64,000 nucleotides of DNA from Oculina patagonica (lineage: Eukaryota). This document shows positions 37,857 through 52,056 of this stretch, piece after piece. The stretch lies in the NCBI RefSeq assembly GCF_052425735.1, contig NC_135761.1, positions 37,882,001 to 37,946,000 of the forward strand, read 5' to 3'. The notes beneath the pieces are model-generated. The model searched no databases. It was not told the DNA's origin and worked only from the letters and a program-made list of their open reading frames with translations. A program made the position numbers and the translations under genes. How positions within the stretch are numbered: the first letter of the stretch is position 1; the number at the start of each line of letters is the position of its first letter.

Positions 37857-38651
37857 TGCGTATTTACTTCGTGCTTTGGATGAATCGTGTGTTGCTATCA
37901 GATTTTTAATGTTCTTAACCCTCTGGAAAAGAAGCTGCCCCTTGAACCCCTCCTCCCCCTCAGAAATTTCTGGGTTTAAACCCCCCTCTCCCAAGGAATT
38001 TCCAGTGAGCATCTGTGGGGGTATGGATATTTTCTGGAACCACACAATTTATCTCTGAGTGTAAAGAGATCGTTATATTTTGAGGAAAGGGGTATTTGGG
38101 CAACAGAGGTAAAAAAAATATTCAAAATTCCGGGACACTTCTTGGCCTAAATATTTATGCTAGTTAGGTTAATCATTAATTAAGATCAATTGTAATAGAA
38201 CCTATATTCATTCTTTTTCAGCCAGAATTGCTGGATATGTTGCCAATAAAATCTTGAACATTTGTGAAGCTTATTGTTTTTTGTCCGAAATATTTGGTAT
38301 TTTTTCCTGAAAGCCTATTTCATAACCTTTCGAAAGAAATATGTCTTTCTTCTCAGTTGGAATAAATAAAGAGCAAATGTGGTCAATTTTGGCAAGACAG
38401 AAATGAGCTAATTAAATTTGTTGTGCTTTCTATTTCCGGCATCAATTTCCTTTGACCTATCGCAACATAGCTTTACAGCAAAATAAGAAAAGAACCTTGG
38501 GGTTGTAAAATCAATGCAATGTCTAGTAAAACCAAGACAAAAAACATCATGAAAGCTGCTAAAATTAATTATGAAAACATAACCTGGTTGCCAGATTAAC
38601 ATTCTAGTCATAACCAGTGAACAATACATTAAAATCACTTATCAGGCTTAC

Positions 38652-39473
38652 CAAGGTTCTTTCTTGCACAGATCTGCTGCAGTGTGAAGTATTCCCAGTT
38701 TATTCCTTGAATGCGTAATCGCAGGGACCAGCGTTACCGCGTCTTCCTTGGAGAAAAGAAGGAATAAATATAACTAAGTTTCTCTTTTGCGTGTAATATA
38801 AATGCTATCCACGAGTTTCCCTTGCTCGAACATCTTTCAGTTGGCAAGCCGAAGTTGTAAGTTATGCGAGACGGTGGAAATTCAGACCCGCTAGTTTCAT
38901 CGACGATACGATTTTCTTATTTTTTCCGTTGGTTTTACTTTATTGTTACTGTTGCATATGACATAAAAAGGCATATATAGTGTCGACAAATGCTTTAGAA
39001 GGGCAATCCTAAACGAGTTCTTGCAAATTTTAGGTTTGATGCTTCGTTTCCGGGGTCGAAGGAATGCCACATCATTGCCATATCAAAACTTTCATTCAGT
39101 GGCTTGCCACTCGTTAAAACGACACTTATGCGGAATATCTTGCTTGCATCTCACTTGTTCGGTTCTTCATAGTTTATAAAAGAAAGTTTTATACAACAAC
39201 AGTCAAACCTTACCTTTCTTTCTCTCGTTGTGTAATGATCTGCCAAGGTAGACTGGTGGTCCGGGCTCCGGGAATTATTCAGATCGTCAACACCTCCAAA
39301 TTACTCAGCTGTTCGTTTGATCACGTACGTTCGTACGCTTTTGCCGTCCATCAGACTGTACATATACTTGGAAGTGCACCAGACGTCCATTATAGAAACC
39401 AAGAAAAGGGAAATTTGCAAAGAAGGCTGCCTGAGACACAGCGAACGGACACACCTCGTTTGGAGACGGCCAT
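38652..39473 (-). pseudogene. Two spliced exons (39473-39214, 38746-38652) of a disabled type II membrane protein-like gene or a non-coding transcript
   Basis: ATG at 39473 and a hydrophobic stretch. Consensus gtaag donors, a pyrimidine-rich AG acceptor and a phase-compatible join RERK|EDAVTLVP. Exon 1 has a frameshift and a stop. Confidence 0.5.
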
Positions 39474-40373
39474 TTGAGTGCTGTTTTCGTTCTTGGGCTC
39501 GACGCCTTCGCGATCGCGTGGGGTGGAATGTCAATCTTCTTCTGAGCTCTCGACCAATAGCGAGCAAACACGAGCGATCCTCAAAAAATGGTGGAATGGA
39601 CCGCTTGGAATGTGGACACAGGATCACGTTTCTATCATTCTATTTACATATCTTTAATTAATTTTAATCCTTTCAGGATAAGAACTCGTTACTCAATTTT
39701 CCGAGCCTCCTTTCCCCAAAAAAACATTTCGCAGTTGGATGGATAGGAATCAAATTGCATTGGGGGGGTGGGGGGGGGATACAATGTCAATTTTTCGTCA
39801 AATCGATTAAAGGTCAAATGAACCGAAATTTAGAAGTTCTTTGTTTTGCAACCAAACATCGAAACAAATCATTAAAAGGGTAACATAATTTTTTTTTTTT
39901 TTTACTTTTTTAACGGAAACGCAGAGTGTAAGTGAACATTTGTGCTCGTGAGAAAATAAAATAACCATCCGTTCGCCCCACCTTATTTCTAGTATCATTT
40001 TTTATGTGGTTAAGACAAGGAATTAAAGTATTGAAAACTTTTCGCGTCTAGGGAATATCAGATTTGCTAAAGGCCTTTTCGTTTGATTTTTTTTGGCGCC
40101 TAGGCAAGCAGCATTTTTTTAGTACAAGTCAGCACTCCCATGAAATGTACATTATCAAATTAGTCTAGTCTGTGGGGGAGCTAGGAGGTTATCAATTGGA
40201 ACTGGACTCGATTTCAGATGAATTTCAGATGATTAACAAACATTTTGTTGGAGGAGGTATAGTCACTTAAGCCTTCAAATGAATTAACGCTGATCAGAAA
40301 AACGCTGACACCGTCCAGTAATTGAGGACCTTGACGAAAAAAATCGCAAAAAAGCAATCAAACGTTTACACTG

Positions 40374-41047
40374 TGTTATGAAGTGAAATATTACTTTTAG
40401 AGTTCAGTATCAATTCAGTAATTTTAGCTCATGATTAATTGTTTATAACTTTGTAGATCGTGAGAATCTTTTGATTTAAGGGGCCGATAACCCGCACAGA
40501 GATTTATAGCTGTTTATCTTTTAAGAGCTTTTGGCTCTCGTCAATTGCATTCTTCTGTGGATATGTTTGGGTTATTCAAGTAATCGGAGGCTTACCTCCC
40601 ACAAGAAGTTTCTAAGTTTAGGTTGTGTTGGCTATTTAGTCAAGTGTTTGTATTTAAAAGATTTGTTCCCACGGTAAATGAAATTTTTAGCTGACCTTTG
40701 TTTGGACCTCCATAAAGGTTCCTGTTATAGTTTGGTGTCCTATTTGTTTTAATTCTTCCGATTCTGTCTTTGGATTTGCTATGTTAAGTAAGTCTCGGGA
40801 ATGTCTCAAGTTTTCCGAGGTCATAAAGATTGAGTGAGCTTCAGACAAACCCAAACATGTCTACAATTTTACTATATAGTCAATCAATGAACCTTCGAGG
40901 TTAGAGTAGAAGAGTGAAGAGTAGTAGAGCTGTAGAGTAGTGAGAAGCCAGACGCAGCTGAAGAAAAGAAAGGAGGCATCTCAGAAGATCTGCTTCAGAA
41001 TCATGGTTACCTCTTCCAGAGCCTTTTCCCCTAGAGACACTCTAACA
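40374..41047 (+). mobile_element. Solo LTR related to the 23375 LTR
   Basis: TGTTA...TAACA termini with 4-bp flanks actg/attg. Shares blocks (gttcccacggta, cctccataaaggttcctgtt, atgtctcaagttttcc, acccaaacatgtctaca) with 23375-24101. Confidence 0.85.
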
Positions 41048-43313
41048 ATTGTACACCAACTGTTGCGCCAACTTTTTTTGATTTATAATCGTGGGAAGAC
41101 AGATATAGTTGTTTTCAGTTAGGACAATATATTCTCGGGAAGAAGCTTCTCTCGAGAAAAGATTCCAGCAACTGATATTCATGTCTCAAGCAGTTCCGCG
41201 CAAAACTCAAACGAAGTTAAAATTTCCGTAAGGTCAAATTTTCTTCAAAATAAATACGCATTTTCCACTCAGTAATTAAATAAAGAACTCTCTCGTAGGG
41301 CTGTATTTCTATTTTATTCCCTATAGTTCAGTACTCTCAACAAAAAGTCAACAATCACAACAATCTACAATTCTGATCGTGACAATCTGAACTTTCACTT
41401 TCTGTACTAGTAGCTCTAGCTAAGTACACTTTAATACTCGTATCAGTCTAAAATTACTGTTACACGATCTCCTTTCGGCTTTGCTAAAAGGCCTTTATCT
41501 CTAAATTGTCCAGTCTATTTACTTTTGATAACAATCAATGTCTCATCCGGTTCTTGTTTACAATTTGGTTAATTAAATTTACGCGCACGCTATTTATATA
41601 AAAGGCTACATGTCACGGGTTGCGTTACTTGAACGTTTTGTTGAAAAGGAAAATATCTATCGATTTCTTAGAACTTTTTAAGCCTGAGTGAGTGCGTGAC
41701 AGTAGAAACCATTAATCAGTTGTGTCGGATGTTGCTTTGATTTTCAACAATTCAATTTTAATGAAGTTTACGGTGCGAGTACACAAAAAATGGTAACGCG
41801 AATTTATTGACAGACAGACAAGACCTAAACAACCGTACTCATATTAAAACTGATGCGTGCGTTGATCGCACCTTCTTTTATTTCTCCTATACTGTGCATT
41901 CCTTTGGGAGAATCCAAGACTGGATTGTTTTTAGATCACACGATATTTCTCTACCAGAAAATCGAAGAATCCGAAAATTGATTTTTGCAATGACACCCCG
42001 TGATTGTTCGCACTGTACTGCTATTAAAATAGAATATGAGGTCGTCATTAGATGATAAATGCAATTTGGAATTTTTAGATACTTATAGTTTGATAGAAGC
42101 AGTACGTTTCCTTATGCGGTTCGGTTCCTTATTAGCCTGCGTAGCAGACATAAAACTAAAGCAGGAGTGGAAAAGGGAGAAATGCCTTCTACCCCGCCCC
42201 CTTTTTACGCATGCTTCGCAGGCTAGTACCTTCTTAGTTTACCCGGGGCGTCTATGCAAATATTCGCCGTATTATCTGCTCAACTAGACAGCAAATATTT
42301 GTTTTTTTTTATTAAAAAAAAGACAGGATAAAGCAATATTTAGCCCTGTTGGTACTGTCATCCAGCAGAGGGGTCTTATATCTGGTGGAGCTTATAACCG
42401 GATGTATTTTTTGTTTCCAGGTAGATGGGCCTATAACTCAGTAGCGGCGTTTAAATCAAAGCTGGGGTGCTAAACCGGTTCTTTAGGTACGGAATGTCTA
42501 GTACAAGAAAACGCAACTTTGTCAAACAATCATTTAACAAAGAAATTGCCAGCTTACCTTATTTTCGTTAGTTTTCTGACAAATTTCCTGAAATAATTGT
42601 CGCCCCCTAGTGCCCTAGTGAAATGTTGTCGCCTCTGCATGCATTGCGTGCCGTTTGATCCCCGCGTGAGAACGAGTCAAGCGCTCGCGCGGTCTCCTGG
42701 GAATGAAAGGCTTCGTCAGCAAATCTCCGAAGCTAAGAGAGTTTTCAGCTGTGAGGCAGCCCGGAGCGGAGGTAAATAGGGGGAATTATCTTCATTTTAA
42801 CTTGCATGAACGCCCTGACATCGAAAAACTGCTTATTATAGAACGATAAGAAAACAATGTTTGGCCGGTTTTGTTTTATTTGTAGCACAATTGGACACGC
42901 AAGCTTTGAAGGAATGACAGTTCTATTGAAAAATTTGTCGAGCGTGTAAAGTGCTAACTCAGCTGTCGTTCAGGTGAGTACTTGTGATTGTTTTTCTTAA
43001 GTTTTAAGCTTAAATTTTTTTTGGTAAACTAAAATATGTTTCTTTTTGACAAACAAACTAAATCTGTAAACTTTACGGCGAAATTGCCTATATTTTCATT
43101 CAGCCTGTCATCAAATGAACAGTGTTGAGTCGCGTCATGGTTTTTGGTGCATTTGTGTGTGTTTGTACAGTGCAGACGGCACGGCCGTTTTTTTTTTTGT
43201 ACTTTTGGGGTTTGAGAAGGAATTTGTTACAGTTTGTAGCCTGCAAATGTCTGCTTGTTTGTTTTGACTGCGGTCATAATTATCAAGCAAGGAGAGAACC
43301 AGTGACTACTTAG

Positions 43314-43543
43314 AAGAGGGTAGCAAAGGGGAGGAGGAGGGGGGGGGGGGGTCGTAATCCCGTTTCACGCATAAATTTTATCCAAATTCACGTGTCACGT
43401 ATACTTGAAATGGCAGAATTCACAAATCATGTGTCCCAACTAGCTTTTTTCAGGCGACGGGCTAGTTTTTCCCTATTTTCATGTGTTGCAGTCTAATGTT
43501 TGTCCCTTTCGCATGTCACGCATAAACCCTTTGCCACCCTCTT
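43314..43543. mobile_element. MITE
   Basis: TIR aagagggtagcaaaggg / ccctttgccaccctctt. Confidence 0.75.
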
Positions 43544-46433
43544 ATAATTCTGGGCATGGTTGTGGATACCAGGGTGCATTCCATGTACCCCCTTCGCCGA
43601 AGATACGCCAAATTTTGTATAGGTATACGCCAAGGCCCTCTAGTCTCCTTACCTAAAATAAGTCATCTGTATGTCATTTGAAAGGTGCCGAATACAATTG
43701 TACACCATTATGCCACACAATTTTGAAACCCACACCTAACTTACGTAGAATGCAGCCTAAGGTAGATAACACTATCAACCCGATAAACTGCTTTCCAGTG
43801 GATAGGTGTTAGCAAAATATACTATGCTATCTACTGGAAAGTGATTTATCTGTTGAATTGCGTTTTTCACCTTTTGAACAACTGGGGCCTGCAATAAATT
43901 TCTGCACAACATTCAGGTTCGGATAATTTAAGCTCAGTCTGATTTTATTTTTGTTTTGAAGAGTGATACACTTGTAAAATAATACTGTTTGCTGTGCATT
44001 TGGCAGATTTGAAATCAAGACATTCATCCTCTGAATGTTACTCTGGTTGAAGTAAAGATTGAATTTCAAAATGTTTTGAAAGAGTGCATGTTATTGGTAA
44101 GTAGAGATTTGTTGTATAGCTGTTAGTACTCATACGAAATCCGTGAACAAACTAATTTTGAAGCATGGTTTGCACAGGCCTTGAAAAGTCCTTAAAAAGT
44201 GACAACCACTTGAAAAGTCCTTGAAAATTAAAAATTTTGGGAAGTTAAAAAGTCATTGGAATTTTCCCATTAGTCCTTGAATCACACTGAGAGTTCCTTG
44301 AATAAGTAAAAGTTCATTAAAACAGCTTTGTTTTGTGAACAGGAAACTTTGAAAGCACAACAATTCACAATTTTAACTGCAAGACTGTGTTTTCTGCTTG
44401 CTTGGTGTTGCTAGCACAGTTCATTGTTGTTAGTGTATAAAACTTACTTTAGGAACTGTGCTGTCAAGGATAGTTACAAACAAACATAACAGTTGTCAGA
44501 GGTTTGTGATTTGATTTCTTGTATGAAATGAATGCTAGTTTCCTTTGTGCTGCATGTTTCTTTGCAGAGCAGAGTTCCCATGACACACAGGTGTACGCAT
44601 TTTATGCACAAAATTATAAAAGGACGTAAGGTTTTCTCACCTGTGTGTCAGGGCTTATGATATAACATGAAAGTGCAATTTCACAAATATTTACAAGATC
44701 GATGAAAAACCTGCACAATTCAAGGAAATGAAACAAGTTATCGCTTTATCCAAAAGTTTTTCTTGGCTATTAAGCTTAATTTGAAGGTTCTTTCAGTTAT
44801 CCTGAAAACAACCTAGAAAGTTCAGGCAACAAGAAAAGTCGAAGAGAAAAACATACCATGTCACCCATTCACAAAAAAATTCCTTTGTTGCTTTGGTCTC
44901 TTGTGTTGTGTTGAATAAAGGAGGCACAATAGTTAAATTCAGAAAAATTAAATCCATTTGTGAGCTCAAAAGATTGTAGAATCTTCTATCATATCTTGAT
45001 CTTTCTATCTAACACGTGCCTGCATTAACACGAATGGCAGTTTTCTTTGTACCTCATGCTACATCACTAAAAAGTCACATTTCTTCTGCCTCATGTATTT
45101 TTATTGTAGATATTTTTCATTCCTTTGAGCTCTAATTGTTTGTTCTAATAAAAGCATGAAGTCATTTTAAAACAAGGTTGAATAAGCCCAGAAGAGTATG
45201 TATAATTGTTTGTCTCATTATTTGCCCTGAAAATGCTGCATAATTAGTGGGCTGTGGACACTTGAAAGGCAAGGGACCCCTAGATTCCAAAAACCCAGTC
45301 TTTTTCAGTTAACACACTTTTGAAGTCTTCTAACATGTTATCAATGAATTATGATAGTGTGACAGTGAATGTCAGGGTTCTCAGAAGGTGGGACCCGGGT
45401 ACCAATACCAGGATACACAAGAGTCAGTACCCGCCTACTTTGAAATGTAACATAAAGGAATTTTCTTCATTTTGTTCTTTTCTGCCTGCCTCCTGTCCTT
45501 TTGATGCTTTCCTATTTCATAACCTAATGAAACCCCTGGGATGACTGCTTGCACTGGGATGTATTTCCTCAAGAATTGGCAGTTGTGATGAGAGTTCCTC
45601 TATCTGTGCCATCAATAATAATCATAATATTCGATATTTAAGAGTATTTAATATTTATATGGTGCAAATTAGCATGTAAATATGATCAAATGTGCCTCAG
45701 AAATAAAATTGAATTAATACCAAGAATATGAGTGGTTCAAAAACTAGCTATTTACAATAATGTACATTGACTAAAAAAAGGTATTAAAATGCCTAAAAAT
45801 CCATATGATTTCCTTAGTAAAACTTTCTTCAGTTTTGTATTTTGAAAAGGCTCCAAGTTGTCCTCATGTCTTATTTCACTTGGCTATTTATTCAAGTGAT
45901 GGAGCAGCAATGACAACACTTGTTTGTCCCAACCGGTGGGGTGTGGATCTGTCTGGTTGTGAATCTGCATGTGGTTTCCAACTCTGAGTTGTGGGAGTCT
46001 CTTATTGTGTTGTGATTCATGCAGCAGGCATGTGCCTGTTTCAAAGTGCTTCCATTCATCCACCTGTCAGTGGAAAGTATGTTTTGATCTCAGATGTATT
46101 AAGTCTGTGATTTGTATTCAAAATGCATTTTTAAGTGCCATGACACCATGTTTTGGCGTCTTTGAAAGAAGAGATGAATCCTTCGTAAGCAAAGTTTTAG
46201 CACTCTATATTCCATGATTTTCCATTTTAATTTTCTTAGGTGGGATTTCCCTTGTTGAGAATGGAAAACAAGGCCTTAGAAGTTTTTAGATAGGTTCTTT
46301 GTGGTGCCATGATCTTGTTGTACATTTTGAACACATGGGTTGAGATGAAAAACCTTTCTTCAAGAGATCCCTGAAAATATGTGCTATAAACAGATTCTCA
46401 TTGATTCCATTTCTTAAGCTTGCAAGGGTTGAT

Positions 46434-47000
46434 TTTTTTTTTACAAAAATACAAAAAAAAGTATGTCCACTACTCGCTACTTATTGTACAAATACTTAAG
46501 CTGTACACAATACAATACAACACTTGCGCTTCTTACAATTCAACACTGTATACTATTTACAACACTTACACTACTTACAATGCGATACTTATAGTTCTGA
46601 TAATACCATATTTGAACTACTTACAACTTGAAATATATATATTTTTTAAATACAAAAGAGACTAAAAGACTATAAAACTATACATGGCACAAGAGCTAAT
46701 TGACAGAACGTAAACTGCACTTACAAAAACTACTGAAATTGTCACTAAACTAATAAAGCTACTCACTATAACAACAGATCTAATGTAACTAAAATGAAAA
46801 AGGATAAATATAACAGACAAAGAAAATGCACCTTAACCTGGCTCTTTTACTTAAACAGTGGTACGAAAGCTACTGCTTATGCAGAGAGTGGTCCACTTTG
46901 CTTCATGCTTTTTATAGCAAGAGTTTTTAATAGTGATTTGTCTTTCACATTTAACTTTGCTTTCCAGTAAGGCAAGAAAGACCTTCAGTGTGTTCAAACA
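46434..47000 (-). mobile_element. 5'-truncated L1/Tx1-like LINE
   Basis: Perfect 15-bp TSD cttgcaagggttgat (46419-46433, 47001-47015), poly(A) tail, and ORF2 C-terminus ...CERQITIKNSCYKKHEAKW. Confidence 0.9.
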
Positions 47001-48357
47001 CTTGCAAGGGTTGATGGCTTACATAAGTTAGATGGCAGCCCACTCAAAAGAACAGTCTGTAGTTGGCAATCTTTTTTTCACATCTGCCTCTTGTGAATGA
47101 CTTGCTGTGCTTCCTGCACCAAACTATGCACGTAAGTGGAGTAGCCAGTGACTCTCAGTGAACCTTTTTCCCAGATCTGGAAGGCACCAATGCCAAAAGA
47201 TCTGGTATGTGAGAAGAGTTTTTAAGGAAATTTTTCTTTTTGCTATTTCAGTGATTTTTTTTAGCACTATCAGTGATCTCACATCTACCAAGTTTTCTAT
47301 TGCAAGCATAACAAGGTGCCAAAATATTAATTTAGTGATAAACTAATGACTTTCTTTGTCAACATTGTACACCTTCTTAACTGCCCTGTTCAGTTCTTGC
47401 TCTGCATGGGGTTTATTTTTTTTTTGTCTGTGACCTGTCTCAAACCTCCACTTGGTGATGCTTCAGGTCACGCAATGTTTAGAAGCTACAAATTAGCTAC
47501 AAATTTTCTTTCACTTTTGTCTTCACAAAGTATGTTTAGTGTGATATGTTTGATTTTGAAGCGTTTGAATCGAAAAAAATACTATAATTGCATGCTATAA
47601 AAGAAAAAATTGCCTACATTGGTGTCAAAGAATGTGCTAACCTGAAAAGTTTCAACTTTCCATCGGCTAGACATCCAGTCACATAATGTTTTAAAGCTAT
47701 TTATCAGCTACCTATCAAATCTTTGTGAATTCTTTGGTCTTTAAACAAATTTATTGCAAAGTATTTCTCTTTTATGCGTAATCTTTTTTTTACTGCGTCA
47801 TTGAAAGGATTTTACAGATATGAAGACAAGTTTCATTCACAAACATGCCCTGACTTGTACCGCTTACCTCATTCCATAGGCTAGGGAATTTCCCATTACC
47901 AGTTGTTACAAATTATTGACTACACTACATTACGTTTCACTCGAATAAGGGATTTATTATTCCACTATTCACCGTTTTGTAATATTTTGGCTAAAAGTTT
48001 TCGAAGTTAACTTTGAATTGCATGCGAAAGACGAAAACAACGAAAACAAAACCATTGAAGTGTCCTTTATTTGATTGGTTGAAATGATGAAATGGAAAAG
48101 TGACATGTGATGACATGCTGAATTTTTTGAGTTTTGCATCACGTACAAACTTCATACAACACTTCGCTAAAAATGGATTGAAAAAAGCCCCAAAGTTTTT
48201 TGTGGGGATTGAAAGTATGGTCAAGGTATTTTGTAATCAAGTTCTAAGTAGTGTGCTCAAAGTTCATCATCACTGTCAATAATGGACAAGATTCTTTTGA
48301 ATTTCTTGTTTGGTACTGCGGCATGTTTGGCAGTAGGAAAGGCAGCATTGGCAGTTG

Positions 48358-49680
48358 TTAAAAACAGCCTCCAACTTCATTTTGCTGAGGAATGACTTTT
48401 GGCGTCTTGAATTGATTTTCAACAAGTGATTTCTTAGGTGCTTCTCGCGTTTGGATATAGTTGGAGAGTTTCAATGACATGTTCTTTTGCTGCTCCGTCA
48501 ATGTACTGTAATAGCTGTCCAAAGACTTCAGGTTTCTTTGACCAGCAATTGCAATGATGTCTAGAGGCTCCACGTTTTTTTTCTTCTCAGCATTGGAATC
48601 ATCGTTCTTCGCACCGAGTGGTTGGTGTGCCTGCCTGTCAAGCCGGTGGCTTCGCTCATGGATTTCATTAATGCACTGAGGAAATTTTTACCAAGTGGCT
48701 GCTTCTTGTACCAGATTTGAGATGAAGGCGAGATAATTGCTGCCAAATAAAATACCGTATTTACCCGTGTATAAGTCGACCTTTTTTTACCTAAAAATTG
48801 GTCCAAAAAATCGCCCTCGACTTATACACGGGTCAAAATTTTCGACCCAAGTACCAGTTTAATAAATTCTGCATAATTAACATAACAATTGTTTTAATAT
48901 GTTAACAAACATCTAAATAAACAACAGTACAGGTTACGATGTCCTTTCGCTGCTATTTGTGTCGTTAAATTGGCATTTCCAAGTTAAAATTTATAACGAT
49001 TTATCCGCTTAATATAAACCTGAATGTTGTAGAGACTCAATGGCATAAGATTTGAATAAAGAGCTGACATTTTCCACAAATAAAGCTGGTAAATCCACTC
49101 GAGAAAAACATCTTCGTGCATGATCTTTCTCGCTTCGAACTTCGCAACTTAGTAACCTGGCATGATGCAAGCACGTGTAGTTATCAGTTACCAGTACCTC
49201 GCCGTTTTGTAGCTTGGTTACCAAGCTCCCCAAGCAAGCTTTGGCACTTTGTTTTCGAGTGGTTTTCAAAGATTTCTGGTGTTTCTTGGTGTTTTGCTTG
49301 TCTTCTTAAGCTGCTGCTATCTCTCCACAATTAGAAAGGTTCGTTTGTATTAAGTGTGTTTGATTTTAGAAGCCTGTTTCAAAAATTGTGGACAAAATGC
49401 CTGCATAAACACGTGTTGTTAAAACGCTCGAGTAAGTACGATAATAAACATCACATTTAAACTTGCTGTGATTTTTTCGTTAACTATCTCTACCTGAAAC
49501 GAAAATCTAAGAAACAAAAGGTGAATTTTAAAGACAATTTAGCCCAGAAATTAAAAAACTTAGTTTCTGGCCTCAAACATAGGGGGTCGACTTATACACG
49601 GGGTCGACTAATACACGGGTAAATACGGTAAGGAATCTGGAAGAGACATTTCAGGTGGTCGTCTGGCCAGATATTCTTTT
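48358..49680 (-). pseudogene. Crypton-type (DUF3504) tyrosine recombinase C-terminal fragment, interrupted by a MITE
   Basis: EYLARRPPEM..|FYLA..WYKKQPLGKN..MK..GRHTNHSVRRT...IAGQRNLKSLDSY. Confidence 0.85.
48755..49628. mobile_element. pogo-like MITE
   Basis: TIR ccgtatttacccgtgtat / atacacgggtaaatacgg with TA on both sides. Removing it restores the Crypton frame. Confidence 0.92.
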
Positions 49681-49889
49681 TCGTCAACCAAGACTCAACA
49701 CTGGGATACAGAGACAACAGGTGCAGTAGCTAGTCCACACACCTGGCAAAAATTAACGGGTGCATCCTTTGGGTATAAACATGAACTCAACAGCGAGCGG
49801 GTTTCCAAGGCTGCGGAATCTAAAGAAAAAAAGCCATATAGCCCACCAAAAGCGCTGGGGACGCAAATCCAGGACCACTTAAGTCAGGG

Positions 49890-50312
49890 CCCACCGGAAC
49901 TTTTGATCCCAAAAATATCTGAAGAGAGGCCCGATGAATACAAAAGATGGAAAAACGTAAATGTTATGCCCCGTCGGAACAGAACAGGTGCAACCTTGGA
50001 CACGGTCTTTTAAATGGAGGCAGCCTCTATAGCGATTTTAGCCCGCACTGGATCTTCCTCTAAATCGGGGGGACTTAACGAGTCCCACCTGGCACGCACC
50101 TCGTCCAACACGGCTGCGTATACGTCAGCTTTAGTGTGTGCTTGGGTGCGGGCTAAACGAACCAGGGCTTGCAGTAAATCCAAGGCTTCGAAATGGTTGA
50201 AGGCAGTACTAGGACGGTTAAGGTATCTTCTTAAACAAGTAAGTGTACCCTCAGTGGTTTCGAGAGTTTTCTCCCTCTCCAAAACTTGGATCTTTCGCTT
50301 AAACTGAGCCAA
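49890..50312 (-). pseudogene. Possible gag-like ORF1 fragment of a DIRS-group retroelement
   Basis: 100-aa helical ORF. The family assignment rests on recalled similarity only. Confidence 0.35.
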
Positions 50313-51096
50313 CCAATCAATGCCCTAACAGCGTAAAAAAAGGAAAAAAAAATAAACGGATAAAACTCAAATGATCGGACAAAAGTAGATCCAGTTAAAA
50401 AAAAGATCACACCAAAAACGAAACAAAACCCATAAAAATACAAGATTCCTTTCAAAACAAAATAAAAAAATTATAGCTAAACATTTAGAACTGGTTCACA
50501 ACTAACAAAGCGAAAGACAAACTGCCTTTATAAAAATATTCTTCTCCAAAACGTGACAACGTTTTGCTTACAGATAACGAAGCAACTGTGTCATGAAAAA
50601 CAAAAGATTCAGTATAATATAGGCATAAAGTACACTGTAAATCTAATTTTAATATGCTCAGAACATGTGAAATTCATATATTAAGCATTTTATACTGAAT
50701 AGAAATCGAATAAGAAATGCCAATTAATAAGCCTGCACTAGTCAGTGTGCAAACTCCTACACTAGTCATTACTTCAATTGTAAAACATTCTTACCGATTC
50801 TGCATTGGTGAAGGTATAGGCCATCTGTTACAACAGTGGAAACCTACAATCGCAGTTCCCAGAACCACTTGAAACGTCCTCATTTTGAGTGATACAAGAT
50901 ATTCCATCCTGTCACACCGCCAAGGAGTAATTGAAATAATAAAAAACAGACACAATCAGATCCAAAAACGCAAGTATGTGGCTTTATTTTAAAGCACTAA
51001 AAGCAGTTTACAATTAAAAACAAATTTACTTTTGCAACAACTGGACCATTGATATACAAATTATATCTTTTTCTTGGTTTCTGACTTTGGCTCATC

Positions 51097-51690
51097 TCAG
51101 TGACAAACACATTCTCTCTGGGTCGGCATGACTTCACATCGCTCACAACTACACCAGAATGTACCTCCTAAACGATTGTTTGCTTCATCATTGTCACTGT
51201 CGCTATCCTCAGGATTATTCACACTTTCTGGCTCAAAACGATACGGTTCTAGAGCAGCCATCACTTTGTGCTTATAATTTCTAAACAAGCTTGTCAGCCG
51301 CACAAAATTGCTCTTTCCTGGTTTCTGACTTTGGCTCATGTCAGCGACAACCACATTCTCTCTGGGTCGGCATGACTTCACATCGCTCACAATTACACCA
51401 GAATGTACCTCCTAGCCAATCTTTTGCTTCGTCATTGTCACTGTCGCTATCGTTGGGATTAGTCTCACGTTCTGACTTAAAACAATACGGTTCTAAAGCA
51501 GCCATCACTTTGTGCTGTCGCTATCCTCAGGATTATGAGCACGTTTTTAGCTTAAAACGATACAGTTCTAAAGCAGCCATCACTTTGTGCTGTCGCTATC
51601 CTCAGGACCACAAGCACTTTCTGGCTCAAAACGATATGGTTCTAGAGCAGCCATCACTTTGTGCTGTTGCTATCCTCAGGATTATGAGCA
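51097..51690 (-). pseudogene. P2X7 C-terminal/Nanor-like Cys-rich gene start, duplicated, with about 62-bp repeats
   Basis: MAALEPYRFEP..acidic..RLGGTFWCSCERCEVMPTQRECVC occurs twice. The start segment is repeated three more times. Confidence 0.75.
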
Positions 51691-51786
51691 CTACTGTTGC
51701 CTTCTTCAGCAAGATAAAAATGCAAATGTTCAACGGCGTCCTGTTAAAATATGTAACGAATGTGTGATAAAAACTAAATGAACTTT

Positions 51787-52056
51787 CTGAGTGGACAAAA
51801 GTCTCTGCTCTCTTATTCGTCTTGCGGCTCCGAAATTGGCGCATTTTGCCTTGCATGCAGCTAACACATTCACACTGTCAATCATCCAGAATTTTCATTC
51901 CTTCGACTACGATCTGAAGTTTGCGTAGATCGTTCAAATTGCAGTGCCCCATAATTTTGTGCCATTCCATTAGTGTGGTGGCGTTAATTTGGGAAGAAAC
52001 ATTATTCAAATAGAATAAACGCCCTTGTTGTTTGATGCTAAACCTTGTGCCATTTG
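51787..52056 (-). pseudogene. Ty1/Copia pre-integrase/integrase zinc-binding fragment
   Basis: FSIKQQGRLFYLN...LMEWHKIMGHCNLNDLRKL...CVSCMQGKM...RAETFVHS. Confidence 0.85.

Noticed and set aside
45800-47330. Minus-strand coding-like, possibly spliced remnant around the L1 insertion
   Set aside because: Too degenerate to assign to a family.
51476-51690. About 62-bp repeats as a CRISPR-like array
   Set aside because: They are tandem copies of a gene start, and the intervening parts are homologous to each other.
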